Positions 1 to 16,254 are shown, counted from the stretch's first letter. The stretch: DNA of 64,000 nt from the human T2T-CHM13v2.0 reference genome, Homo sapiens (GCF_009914755.1 NC_060926.1); one strand, 5' to 3'. The notes: generated by a model not told the origin, from the sequence alone. Program-made: numbers and translations.

Positions 1-275
1 AAATCTTGCTTAGAGACACGTCCAGTCATAGTACCTTCCCTTGAACTTCCTTATGACTTAGATTGTATTGCTCACATGTTCGTTGCTGACTTTCTCCTTA
101 TTATCACCTTGCCCTCCTACTACATTCCTTTTTGCTAAAATAATAAAAATAATAATCAATAAAAACTGAGGGAACTCAGGGGCCTGTGCCTGTTCAGATC
201 CTTGGTATGCTGAGCGCCGGTCCCCTAGGCCCACTGTTGTTTCTCCATACTTTGTCTCTGTGTCTTATTTCTTTC
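1..275 (+). mobile_element. ERVK-class LTR fragment (LTR13-like), cut at its 3' end by the SVA tail
   Basis: aataaaaactgagggaactcag...gtatgctgagcgccggtcccc...tttgtctctgtgtcttatttc resembles the LTR13 3' region (recalled consensus). Confidence 0.65.
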
Positions 276-1825
276 TTTTTTTTTTTTTTATTTTTTATTG
301 ATCATTCTTGGGTGTTTCTCGCAGAGGGGGATTTGGCAGGGTCATAGGACAATAGTGGAGGGAAGGTCAGCAGATAAACAAGTGAACAAAGGTCTCTGGT
401 TTTCCTAGGCAGAGGACCCTGCGGCCTTCCGCAGTGTTTGTGTCCCTGGGTACTTGAGATTAGGGAATGGTGATGACTCCCAACGAGCATGCTGCCTTCA
501 AGCATCTGTTTAACAAAGCACATCTTGCACCGCCCCTAATCCATTTAACCCTGAGTGGACACAGCACATGTTTCAGAGAGCACAGGGTTGGGGGTAAGGT
601 CACAGATCAACAGCATCCCAAGGCAGAAGAATTTTTCTTAGTACAGAACAAAATGAAAAGTCTCCCATGTATACTTCTTTCTACACAGACACGGCAACCA
701 TCCGATTTCTCAATCTTTTCCCCACCTTTCCCCCGTTTCTATTCCACAAAACCGCCATTGTCATCATGGCCCGTTCTCAATGAGCTGTTGGGTACACCTC
801 CCAGACGGGGTGGTGGCCTGGCAGAGGGGCTCCTCACTTCCCAGTAGGGGCGGCCGGGCAGAGGCGCCCCTCACCTCCCGGACGGGGTGGCTGGCCGGGC
901 GGGGGGCTGACCCCCCACCTCCCTCCCGGACGGGGTGGCTGCCGGGCGGAGACGCTCCTCACTTCCCAGACGGGGTGGCTGCCGGGCGGAGGGGCTCCTC
1001 ACTTCTCAGACGGGGCGGTTGCCAGGCAGAGGGTCTCCTCACTTCTCAGACGGGGCGGCCGGGCAGAGACGCTCCTCACCTCCCAGACGGGGTCGCGGCC
1101 GGGCAGAGGCGCTCCTTACATCCCAGATGGGGCGGCGGGGCAGAGGCGGTCCCCACATCTCAGACGATGGGCAGCCGGGCAGAGACGCTCCTCACCTCCT
1201 AGATGTGATGGCGGCTGGGAAGAGGCGCTCCTCACTTCCTAGATGGGATGGCGGCTGGGCAGAGACGCTCCTCACTTTCCAGACTGGGCAGCCAGGCAGA
1301 GGGGCTCCTCACATCCCAGACGATGGGCGGCCAGGCAGAGACGCTCCTCACTTCCCAGAAGGGGTGGCGGCCGGGCAGAGGCTGCAATCTGGGCATTTTG
1401 GGAGGCCAAGGCAGGCGGCTGGGAGGTGGAGGTTGTAGCGAACCGGGATCACGCCGCTGCACTCCAGCCTGGGCACCATTGAGCACTGAGTGAACGAGAC
1501 TCCGTCTGCAATCCCGGCACCTTGGGAGGCCGAGGCTGGCGGATCACTCGCGGTTAGGAGCTGGAGACCGGCCCGGCCAACACAGCGAAACCCCGTCTCC
1601 ACCAAAAAAAATACGAAAACCAGTCAGGTGTGGCGGCGCGTGCCTGTAATCGCAGGCACTCGGCAGGCTGAGGCAGGAGAATCAGGCAGGGAGGTTGCAG
1701 TGAGCCGAGATGGCAGCAGTACAGTCCAGCTTCAGCTCGGCATCAGAGGGAGACCGTGGAAAGAGAGGGAGAGGGAGACCGTGGGGAGAGGGAGACGAGA
1801 GGGAGAGGGAAAGGGAGAGGGAGAG
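276..1825 (-). mobile_element. Full-length SVA retrotransposon
   Basis: Poly-T 276-289, SINE-R about 290-790, GC-rich VNTR about 790-1380, Alu-like about 1380-1750, (CCCTCT)n hexamer about 1760-1825. Confidence 0.97.
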
Positions 1826-2940
1826 CTTTTGTGTGTTTTTAATAGTAGTCATTTTAACTGGGATAAGATGGTAGGTATCTCTTGGTGGTTTTAATTTGCA
1901 TTTCCTTGTTGATTAGTGATGTTGAGCATTTCTTCATATACCTGTGGGCTATTTGTGTCTTCTTTTGAGATATGTTTCTTGTTGGATGAACATTTTGCAA
2001 ATATTTTCTCCCATTCAACAGGTCGTCTCTTCACGCTGTGCTTTCCTTTACCTTAAAAGCACAGGTGACAAAACCAAAAATAGACAAATGGAACTATATA
2101 TTAAAGAGCTTCTGCACAGACCAATAACCTGGAGTGTTTCCCTATGTTTTCTTCTAGTAATTTTATAGTTTTGAGTCTTATGTTTAGGTATTTAATCAAT
2201 TTTGAGTTGATTTTTGTATATGGTGAGATAGGGGTCTAACTTCGTTCATCTGCATATGAATATGCACCATATATTGAAGAGGGTGTCAATTCCCCAGTAT
2301 ATGTTCTTGGTCCCTTTGTCAAAAATAAGTTGGTTTACATATGGGGACTTATTTCTGGGTTCTCTACTCTGTTCTATCGGTTTATGTGTCTATTTTTACA
2401 CCAATACCATGCTGTTTTGGTTACTGTAGCCTTGTAATATATTTTGTATATATTTTCTGTATATTTTGAAGTGACATAGTGTGATGCCTCCAGCTTTGTT
2501 CTTTTTGTTTAGTATTGCTTTGGCTCTTTGAGCTCCTTTTTGGTTCCACACAAATTTTAGGATTGTTTTGTATATATTTCTGTGAAAAATTACATTGGTA
2601 GTTTTGCATTGAATCCATAAATAACTTTGGTTAGTATGACCACTTTAACAATATTGATTCTTGTGACCCATGAGCATTTGTTTGTGTCTTCAATTTTTTT
2701 CATCAATGTTTTGTAGTTTTCCTTGTAGAGGTCTTTCACCTCCTTGGTTACATTTGTTCCCAGGTATTTTATTTTATTTTTGTAGCCATTTTAAATGGGA
2801 TTGCCTTCTTGATTTCTTTTTCAGCTACTTCATTGTTGGTATATAGAAACACAACAGATTTTCGTATGTTAATTTTGTATCCTGCAACTTTACTGAATCT
2901 TTACTGCATCGATCTAAGAGTTTTTTGGTGGAGTCTTTAG

Positions 2941-3316
<376 letters not shown>

Positions 3317-4359
3317 TGAATGCCTTTTATTCTTTCTCTTGCCTAATCACTCTGGCTAGAACTTCCAATACTATGTTGAATAGGAGCGGTGAAAGTTGGC
3401 ATCCTTCTCTTGTTCCAGTTCTAAGAAGAAAGGCTTTCACCTTTTCCCCATTCTGTATGATGTTAGCTGTGGGTTTGTCATATATGGCCTATTATATTGA
3501 GGTATGTTCTTTCTATGCCTAGTTTGTTGATAGCTTTTATCACAAAGGGATGTTGGATTTTAGAAAATGCCTTTTCTGTTTCTATTGAGATGGTCATATT
3601 GTTTTTGTCCTTCATTCTGTTAATGTGATGTATCATGTTTATTGATTTGTGCATGTTAAACCATCCTTGCATCACTAGTATAAAACTCACTTGATTATGG
3701 TGTATTATCTTTTTGATGTGCTGTTGGGTTAGGTTTGCTAGTATTTTGTTCAGGAATTTTGTATCTGTGTTCATCAAGGATACTGGCCTATAGTTTTCTT
3801 TTTTTGTGGTTTTCGCATCCTTGTCTGGTTTTGGTATCAGGGTAATGCTGGCTTCATTGAATGAGTTAGGGAGAATTCCTTCCTTCTCAATTTTTTGGAA
3901 TAGTTGGAGGATAACTGGTGTTAGTTCTTCTTTATGAGTTTGGTAGAATATGGCAGTGAAGCCATCCAGTCCTGGGCTTTTCTTTGTTAGGAGATATTTT
4001 ATTACTGATTCAATCTTATTGCTCATTATTGGTCTGTTCAGGTTCTCTATTTCTTCCTGACTCAGTCTTGTATGTGTCCAGGAATTTATCCATTTCCTCT
4101 AGGTTTTCCATTTTGTTAGCTTATATTTGTTCATAATGTTCTCTGGTGGGTTTTTTCATTTCTGTGGTATTAGTTGTTATGTCTCCTTTTTTGTTTCTGA
4201 TTTTTATTTCAGTCATCTCTCTTTTTTTTCTTGGTTAGTCTAGCTAGCAGTTTATTGATTTTATTTTTTTTTTAACCAACTTCTCATTTCACTGATCCTT
4301 TGTATTTTTTTCTGTATTTCATTTAATGCTACTCTGACCTTTATTACTTTTCTATTGAT

Positions 4360-4810
4360 TTTTATATTTTTTTATTTTTAATTTTTGTAGGTACATGGTG
4401 TATATATTTATGGGGTACATGAGATGTTTTGATACAGGCATGCAATGTCAAATAATTACATCATGGAGAATGGGGTATCCATCCTCTCAAGCATTTATCC
4501 TTTGTGTTACAAACAATCTAATTACACTCTTTTAATTATTTTAAAATGTACAATTAAGTTATTAATGACTATTGTCTCCCTGATGTTCTATCAAATGGTA
4601 GGTCTTATTCAAGCTTTCTATTTTTTTTTTAATCCATTAACCATCCCTATCTGCCCTACTCCTATCCTCCTACTATCATTCCCAGCCTCTGGTAACCATC
4701 CTTCTACTCTCTATGTTAATGAATTTAATTGTTTTTATTTTTAGATCCCACAAATAAGTGAGGACATGCAATGTTTGTCTTTCTGATCCTGGTTTATTTC
4801 ACTTAACATA
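4360..4810 (-). mobile_element. L1MA-type 3' end fragment nested in the older L1
   Basis: tatatatttatggggtacatgagatgttttgatacaggcatgc 3'UTR signature; degraded TSD ctgacctttatt / ctgatctttatt. Confidence 0.75.
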
Positions 4811-4914
4811 ATCTGATCTTTATTTCTTTTTTTCTACTAATTTGGGGTTTGGTTTGTTCCCTTTTTCTTCTGTTTCCTTGATTATTTATTTAAATTTTTA
4901 TACTTTTTTAAAAG

Positions 4915-5172
<258 letters not shown>

Positions 5173-6411
5173 TGATGTAGGCTTTTATTGCTATAAACCT
5201 CCCTCTTAGCACTGCTTTTACTATGTCACATAGATTTGGGTATGTTGTGTTTTGATTTTCATTTGTTTTGAGAAATTTTTTAATTTTCTTCTTAATTTCT
5301 TTCTTGCCCCAGTAGCCATTCAGGAACATGTTGTTTAGTTTCCATGTATTTATACAGTTTCCAAAGTTCCTCTTGTTATTGATTTCTAGTTTTATTCCAT
5401 TGTGGCTGAAAGAATACTTGGTATGATTTTGATTTTTAAAAATTTGTTGAAACTTGTTTTGCAGCCTAATGTATGGCCTATCCTGGAAAATGTTCCATGT
5501 TTTAATGGGAACATTTATTCTGCCATTGTTGGAGAAAATATTCTGTAGGTATCTGTTGTGTCTGTTTGGTTTAAAGTGCAATTTAAATCCAGGTTTCTCT
5601 ATTGATGTTTTGTTTAGATGATCTGCTTAATGTTGAGAGTGGGGTGTTAAAGTCCCCATCTATGATTGTATTAGAGTTTATCTCTCTCTTCAGATCTAAT
5701 AATATTTGCTTCATATACCTGGGTGCTCTGGTGTAGGGTGCATCAGAACTGTTACATCCTCTGGCTGAATTTTTCTCTTTATCATTATATAGTGACTTTG
5801 TCTCTTTTTACTGTTTTTGACATAAAGTGTGTTTTATCTGATATGAATATAGCTACTCATGCTCTCTATTGGTTTCTATTTGCATGAACTATCTTTTTCC
5901 ATCCTTTCACTTTCAGTCTATATGTGTCTTTACAGGTAAAGTGAGTTTCTTGAAAGCAGTATATTTTTGGGTCACTTTTTAAAAATCTATTCAGCCATTT
6001 TAATTGGAAATTTTAATCCATTTATGTTCTTATTCCTGTCATTTTGTTGATTGTTTTCTGGTTGGTTTTTTTGTTTGTTTGTTTGTTTCTTTCTTTCTTT
6101 CTCTCTTGTTATTTATCATTGTGGTTTGGTGGTTTTCTGTAGTGTTAACGTTTGAGTCCTTTCTCTACCTCTTTTGTGTGGTTTCCTCTACCTGTGAGTT
6201 TTACACTTTCATATGTTTTCATGATGATAGATATGACCTTTCACTTCCAGGTGTAGGACTTTCTTAAGCATTTCTTGTAGGGCCACTAATGGTGATGAAG
6301 TCTCTCAGTTTTTGCATGTCTGTGAAAGACTTTCTCCATTTTTGAAGGATAACTTTGCTGAGTATAGCATTCTTGGCTGACAGTTTTGTTTTGTTTTTAT
6401 GCCTTTCAAAA

Positions 6412-6720
<309 letters not shown>

Positions 6721-9183
6721 TAAAACTTTTAATATATTATCTCATTCTCTCCTGGCCTGTAAGATTTCTGCTGATAAATCCACTGTTAGTCTGATGGGGG
6801 TTCTTTTATACATTACTAGATGTTTTTCTTTTGCTGTTCTTAGAATTTTCTCTTTGTCTTTGACTTTTGACAGTTTGACTACAATGTACCCTGGAGAAGA
6901 CCTTTCTAGGTTGTATCTATTTGTGGATCTCTTAGCTTCCTGTATCTGGATGTTTAAATCTCTTGCTAGACCTGGGAAAGTTTCAACTATTCTGTCTTTA
7001 AATAGATTTTCTATACCTTTGGTCTTCTCTTCACCTTCTGGAACAATCAAAATTGTATATCTGGCCAATTTATAGTTTCCTACATGTCATGTAGGCTTTG
7101 TTCACTCTTTTTTTTCTTTATTTTTGTCTGAATGGGTTATTTCAAAAGATCTGTATTCAAGTCCTGAGATTCTTTCTCCTGCTTGATGTAGTCTATTGTC
7201 GAAGCTCTTGAATGAATTGGCACATGTGGTATAACAGTCACTTCTTTTAAATTTTTGGATTGGCTTTCATAAGGGAAGACTCTTTCCTGAAGATGTATCT
7301 ATGGTGTTGATTGGGTAGGATGCTTTAGCTTTGATCCTGGGTGTATGCAGTAGTGTGGTCTTAGTATAATTTCTTCAGCTGTAAACAGCGCCAGTGGTGT
7401 CTGTGATTTCCTCAGCGGCTAAGTCTGTGATTGTTAGTGGAGTCTGTGGTGAGGTTTTGCTGGGGATTGGTATGCCAGGTGGGCCAGTCCTTTAGCCTGA
7501 GTGGTAGCAGTGGTGTGTCAAGCATGCCCATCCTTGGGCCCCTGGGTGACATACATGGGCACTAGTGTTAGTGGGTTCAAATGAGCCAATTCTTGGGCCT
7601 CCAAGGCTTGCTCAGGTCCTGGTAGTGGCAGTGGTGTGCTGGGTGGGTGGATAGGTCCTTAGACTCCTGGGCAGCATGCATGGCATGGGCAATGGCAATA
7701 GTGGTACTGGGATAATGCTTGGGCTCCATAGCAGCAGGCACTGGTGTTAATAGTGGCTGCAATGGGCTGGATGGGCCGGTCCTCAGGTCCTCATGAGGAA
7801 TGTACAGATACCAGCAGTGATAGGGCAGAGAATCCCCAGGCCCCAGGCAATGTGCTCAGACACCGGCAGGGCTGCTGGGCCAGGCTTGGTTGACCTTTCC
7901 TCAGGCCCTCCAGTGGTACACGCAGGGGTCAGCAGTAGTGGGCAGGGTGGGGTGATCCCCAGGGCCCTGGCATGATGATTGGGTGGCTGCAGCTCCGGTG
8001 GTGGTGGGCAAGGGGAGCCTGTCATTAGGGCATGTGCAAGTGTGCTATAGCCCTGCTACTGGTGGAAGCAGAGTTGCCGTCAGTGGCAGCAGCTTCAGGC
8101 AGGTGGCTCTCAGGTTCCAGGGAGCTCATGGTTTGGCTTCTGGTGGTGGCAGCAGCTGCAGCCAAGAAAGCCAGTCCTCAGGGCACATGCAAATGTGCTG
8201 CAACCCTGTTGCTGAAGCGGGTGGGGTCACTGCCAGTGGCACACACTTCAGCCTAAGCAGAAGCTGCAGTGGACAGCAGCAGAGTCTGTCCTCAGAGCAT
8301 GTGTGTGGCAGCCCTGCTGCTAGAAAGGGTGGGGTTGCTATCTGTAATAGCCACCTCAGGTAGGCAGTTCTTAGGCACTGGGGAGCACATGCTTTGGCTC
8401 CCTTTGTCCCAGGAGCAGCCTCCCTGGTGCGCTGCACTGTTGTTTCTGGGGTGCAGGACACCATGTGTGCTACAATGCTGGGGATCTGGCCACTCCACTG
8501 GGTACAACTGGCATCACACTGCTGCAGCCCTCCAGGTAAACACAAGAAGATGTAAGTAGGGTTCCAAGGATATGGAGTTGCAGGGGCTGTTGGACCCCAG
8601 GGCGGGATGGAGTCTGGTGGGGGCTGGACTCTCAAAATGGTGCCATGCTGTAGCTGCTTAGGACTCAGGTGTGAGCTCCCTCTCCGGAGCAATGCTGTCA
8701 CATGGTTTCCAGGCAGCTCCATATTCTAGTCTCAGTGTCTGCAAGGACTAAAGGGTTCTCCCATGGCTAGGATTGCAGGAGTTCACTGTGAGAATGTGGA
8801 CCACTGAGGATCTCTCACCCTTTCCCCACACTAGGGAGGCTCTCTGGGCTCTCGGCCAATCTCAACCAAACTGACTGTCTTCCTTTCCTTTTCTTCCATG
8901 TCTCAGGTGTTTCCTGTAACTTCTCTGTTGAAATCCAGTGTTCTCTCTCAGATGCTATATTTGAAATGTGCTTATCTACTTGCTATTTTAGTTCTTTGTG
9001 GAGGAAGTAAGTGCCAGATGTCTCTAGTCAGCCATCTTGAAGCCCCTCCTCTTTTAATAATTTTGAAAGCACAATGGCCACCAGATCATTTTCCAGGTGA
9101 AAATGGAAATAAATACTCTTAAAAGTATTTTGTATAAAAGTATTATATTTTGTGTCATTTCAAAAGTAAAAAAAAAAAAATAC

Positions 9184-9486
9184 AGCAAGGCACAGTGGCT
9201 CACACCTGTAATCTCAGCACTTTGGGAGGCTAAGGTGGGTGGATCACGAGGTCAGGAGTTCGAGACCAGCCTGGCCAACATGGTGAAACCCCGTCTCTAC
9301 TAAAAAAACAAAAACATCAGCTGGCCACAGTGGCAGGCGCCTGTAGTCCCATCTACTTGGGAGGCTGAGACAGGAGAATTGCTTGAACCCATGGACGGAG
9401 GTTGCAGTGAGCCAAGGTCACACCACCGCATTCCAGCCTGGGTAACAAAGCAAGACTCCGTCTCGGAAAAAAAAAAAAAAAAAAAA
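9184..9486 (+). mobile_element. AluS
   Basis: Dimer with poly-A tail. Confidence 0.9.
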
Positions 9487-9604
9487 TTCTTTCACTATCT
9501 GGAGGCCCTTTCTCCGGCCTTTAAAATATGCAGAAATCTCTCTCCTTTAAAATCCTTTCCTTGAACTGGATACCATTTCTAGCTACCACCGCTCCCCCAC
9601 CCAC

Positions 9605-10221
<617 letters not shown>

Positions 10222-10614
10222 CATCCCATTTTAAATGTCTCTGCCAAATGTCTCTAACAAGGCTAAGCTCGGTGACTTCCCCCCTGTATTCTTAACCATT
10301 TGGCCCATTCCTCTATAGAAATTGCCCTCTTGAAATTAACCAGATTTAATGAGCTGTTTGTCATTTCTGTAGCACTTGAAACATTCACTACTCCCTCCTA
10401 CCTGAAACTACCTCTGCTTAGACTTAGGGACACTCTGTCCTCTTGTTTCTTCTTACACCTTGGGGCAACTCCCTTCCCTTCCTCCCTTCCCTTCTCCAGT
10501 TACGTGCTAGACTTGATGCCATGCATTTCTGTTAGCTTCCATTGTGAGCATTTTCAAAATATTTTCCTCAGCCCTATAATTTTGTTATGACTGTAGCAAT
10601 CAACCTTATAATGA

Positions 10615-10928
<314 letters not shown>

Positions 10929-11865
10929 TAATTATTTTTAAATGTGTCCTTCCAATCTTAATTGCTTTCCTGAGCTGCAATTCCATAGCTTCAAATGTCT
11001 CCTTACAGGAGGTGGGAAGGGTTTAGCTGCCTCCCTGTTCTTCTCTCACAACTGTGATTTCTCCCATTATCCAGAGTCAAAAATGTGAAATCCTATCATT
11101 CTGCTCCATTACCAAGTCTTGATTCACCTTTTCTCTGAAATTTTCTGGAATCCTTTACAATCCCACTGCTTCTACCACCATCAGCATCCAAGCTCTGGAT
11201 TTCTGCAGAGCTTTCTAGTCTCAAGCGACATCCATCCCAGGCCCTTCAATACATTGCCATCTGACCTGCCTTCCCAAAGACCCTTTTCTTTATGGCCTTT
11301 TCTACCCCAAATCTTTTGCAGCCCCCTGCTCCTCACTGCCTATTGCAACAAAGCTAAACTCCTTGGCCTGACTTCCCAGAACTTGATCTGTCAATAGGAG
11401 TACCCCCTCCATGCTTATTTCTCTCAGCTTCCCCAAGTTCATTTCTGTTTTCTTTAGACTTTCCCTAGTCTATGCCTGATTATCTCTATTTCTGAATCTT
11501 TAAGAGTGCCTCGCCCTTTATTTTCTGAATATCCCTATCTCCAAGGAGTATTGTTATTGATATCAGGTGAGATGCTAGGGTCCTCAGGGTCTTTGCCATA
11601 GAATTTTAGGAGGTAATTATATACTTGTATATGACTCTAATTAGGTAAGGTATGTTAATATTCTTCCTAATGATTATTAACTGTAAACTCCTAATTTTGT
11701 GCCCCACACTCTGCTAAGCAATTTACATGCACCATTTCACTTAACCTTCACAATAACCCTGTTAATTTTTATTAGTGGTGTGAATTGTATATTGCTTAGT
11801 TTATGAAGCAACGGTTCAAAAGGAGAGCCATAAAAGAAGATTCCACCCTTTCTCTTTAAAGTGCT

Positions 11866-11867
<2 letters not shown>

Positions 11868-11897
<30 letters not shown>
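11868..11897. repeat. (GT)15 microsatellite
   Basis: Direct count. Confidence 0.95.
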
Positions 11898-11900
<3 letters not shown>

Positions 11901-13250
11901 CACAACTTGAAAGAAAATGAGAATAACAAGTGGTTTCTAGCTGTGAGTCAATAATATAGGTAATTGTTAAATTCGGAACAAAGCAACTACAATAGTTTTA
12001 ACAGTTAACACCAATATCAAACTAGTACTTGTCTATACGATTTTCCAACACATTTATGCGGTTTTTTTTTTTTTTTTTTTTTTTGGAGAGGGTGGGCAGC
12101 TCAGTGACTGGGGCTCTGTCCACAAAATCCACGCTGGAAACCTAAGGGTTCTCTGCATCTAGCAATGCCAAAAACTGTACCCCTGGAGTGGCATTCCTGC
12201 CCTGGCCCATGTAATCATCCTGAAATCAGCCAGGACAGGCTGATACACATGTGCTGGGAGAGAGAGACAGAGACTGAAAGAGAGGCACATTCATTGGCAG
12301 AGAGGGAGACCTGTAGATTCTAAGATTTATTCAGAAAGGCAAAATGAACCCCCTGGGAGTTGGGGGTTGCCATATGTGCTTGCTAAAAGATGGGACACTG
12401 GAGTTTTTCATCTAGGGATAAGAAGGCAAACTTACTTGAAAGACAGGAAATTGACTTTGAGTCTCAGGCCTTTCTTGTCCTCCAATTAAAGTTGAGCCTT
12501 GCTAGGTAGGTGGGTTTGGGGCTGCTGTGCAGTATCCTAGAGTGGGCTCCAGCACCCACAGCCCTACTCCTTAACTCTTCCCCGCCCCATGGATACACAC
12601 TTTAACTAGAGCCATCTGTCTGCTTTTATTTTATTCTTTGATTTAAGATTTCTATGAGCAGAGTACCTGGCTAAAAATTTGAAAATCACAGCACTAGTTA
12701 ATTTCCATTACATTACAGTTACAGTTCTAACATTTTACCCACAATTTAATTCCATAGATATGAGAGAAGATAAGGAAGGGGAAAACAGGCAATTTTCTAA
12801 GGCTTTTCCGATTCACCAAATACTCCCCCACTTGACGCTTGAAATCTCCAATTAGACATTTGTTTCTTTGGCTCAAAATGTTTCCCCTCACTTTAAATGC
12901 AAGATGATGTCATTTCACCCTAGCCAGTTCCTAGGAAGATGTCTCATTGGTAAATAAGTAGATCTTTAACAAATTTTGCAAACCCATTGATTTGGGCAAG
13001 TATTGACAGAACTTGATAAGACATTTAATTGAGGCACTTTCTACTTGAAGCATTGCCTCCTATACCCTGATACAACAATGAACACAATTACCCAATATGA
13101 CTGATTATGATTACTTTCGGCACAAAATCACTGTCTACTTGACTTCATAACCAAAACAGAGCTTTTAATGGGCCATAAATTGAAAGGGAAATGTCTGCCA
13201 CTTGGAATCTCCGGGCATTTATCTTCCTCCTCTTGCTTTCAGTTTCTTAC

Positions 13251-13948
13251 CTGGTCAGGCACATGCGCACAAAGTCTGCTGCATTTTCTGAGAAGTGGTC
13301 TGGTAAAGGAGGCATCAGCCCTCGGTGTGCTCCGATGTAAAACATGGCGGCCATCCTGTCCATGGAAGCCAGTGGAGGCTTCCCTGTAGCCATCTCAAAC
13401 ACAGTACAACCAATGCTCCAGATATCTGATTTCCGTCCATAGCCAGACTCATTGATGACTTCTGGGGCCATCCAATATGGAGTCCCATGCATGGACTTAA
13501 GCATGTCACTGTGGGTGCCATTTAAACCTGCCCAGGCCAAACGCCTGGCACAGCCAAAGTCAATCAGCTTTATTATTCCAGTTGGCATGAGCATAACATT
13601 ATTTCCTTTGATATCGCGATGTACCACACAGTTCTCATGGAGATAAGCAACACCTTGAAGTATTTGTTTCGTATATTTACAGAACACCATCTCAGGCAAT
13701 GGCCCAAAACGGTTTATAATACTAGAGATTGAGCCACCAGGAACAAACTCCATGAAAATGCTCACAGTGTTCTCTTGCAAGCATGTCCCCAAATAGGCCA
13801 CAATGTTGACATGTTTCAGTGCTTTGAGCAAATCTACTTCTTCCTGTAGTTTCCGGTATTCCTTTTCAGCAGCTAATTTATTAGAGGTATCCAAAGCCAC
13901 CTGTTTTACAGCTATTAGCTGTCCTTGACTAGTGAGACCACAGTATAC
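13251..13948 (-). CDS. MAP3K19: MAP3K19 kinase-domain exon, 698 nt (subdomains II-X)
   Basis: GCTTCTAG|GTA...CAG|GTAAGA; IAVKQV, HRDIKGNN, DFG, GTPYWMAPE and DIWSIG all intact. Confidence 0.98.
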
Positions 13949-14149
13949 CTAGAAGCAAATCAATAATACCTTGTTATTAAATTAATGACATAACTTATTC
14001 ACAAAATGCCTCAGGTGACACTTGACTTTCCCTTCTCTTTCTAAACCCTTGTCTTTCTCTAAGTTGATACCTCCCTTCCTAAATGCAAAGTGTTTAAGCA
14101 AATTCAGTGTTTCAGTGGAGCCAAGATGGGTATGAGAAACATGGTGGAT

Positions 14150-15135
<986 letters not shown>

Positions 15136-15359
15136 AATATGTAAAATAGAGCTAGTTCAGCTCCCAAGCTCTCTGGAGTGAGAAGGAGACAGGCCCTGGA
15201 AATCACCATTGTGATGTAATCTCAGTGGTTTTGTGTCTTCCTGTCTTCTCACTGATTTCTGAAATGTCCCCATCTGGAGACAGCACAAGTCTTATTTGGG
15301 GGCCAGCCTTTTCTTTACTCGTCTATGTAAATAACTATCTAAAGTGCTAGGGTTTAGAT

Positions 15360-15630
15360 ATATAATGTTTGTACATATTTAAGAGGCACATCTGATATAT
15401 TAATACATGCATAGAATGTGTAATGATCAAGACAGTGTGTTTAGGACATCCATCACCTCAAACATTTGTCATTTTCTTTGTGTTGGGGGCATTTCAATCT
15501 TCTAGCTAATTGGAAATACACAATATATTGTTGTTAACTATAGTCACCCTACTGTGTTATCAAACACTAGAACTTATTTCTTCTATCTGACTGTATGTTT
15601 GTACCCACCTCTCTTCATCGCCCACCCCCC
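15360..15630 (-). mobile_element. L1MA-type 3' fragment
   Basis: tgttaactatagtcaccctactgtg L1M 3'UTR motif. Confidence 0.65.
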
Positions 15631-15739
15631 AAGATCTCTTATGCAGTTCACAAAATGGAAGGAACATCTTTTGTTTTTGCCATCTAGTAATGATTCTCCA
15701 AACTTCCAGTAACATATTCAGCTGTTGAAGGAAGGTATT

Positions 15740-15995
15740 TCTTTCCCATTGGACTTGAACCTGGGAGGATGAGAGGTTAGAAATGCAGTGGCCATTGAGT
15801 CACTATATGTGCCTGAGAAAAAGCCAGGCAAAGAGAGAGAGAGACCAGATCCTGATGACATTGTCTGATCCCTGAAGCCTCCTGGACCCAGAGCCAGACC
15901 TATTCCAGACCTTTCAGTCAGATAAAGCAGTAACTGTCCTTTCCCTCAGTGGTTGGATTTTCTGTTACTTCCAACTGAAAGAGTTCTAAGTAAAA
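15740..15995 (+). mobile_element. MLT1-type MaLR LTR fragment
   Basis: gatcctgatgacattg...ttttctgttacttccaactgaaagagttctaa. Confidence 0.55.
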
Positions 15996-16104
15996 GAGTG
16001 CTTGCCAGAGGAAGCAGGGAGGATGACTGGGGGAGTGGGAGGGGTGGAGGGAGGGACTGTGGGGGGGTGGGGAGTGCTGATTTCAAGTTTCCAGTTTAAC
16101 TTAC

Positions 16105-16254
16105 TGTGCCGTAGGCTCCCTTTCCAAGAATCTCACCCTTGGTCCATAGGATAGGTTCTTCAGACTTTAAACTATTTTCAGAAAATATCTTCTTTTCATT
16201 TGAGATGAGAAATTTCTCCTCCCTGTCATATATCCTGAGCCCACTACTATGCCT
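16105..16254 (-). CDS. MAP3K19: MAP3K19 coding exon, 150 nt, start of kinase domain (Gly loop GKGAYG)
   Basis: TTCTTCCAG|AGG...ACA|GTAAGT; RHSSGLRIY...WTKGEILGKGAYGT. Confidence 0.97.

Noticed and set aside
302-1894. Many overlapping 70-170 aa ORFs
   Set aside because: These are translations of SVA VNTR, Alu-like and SINE-R sequence, not genes
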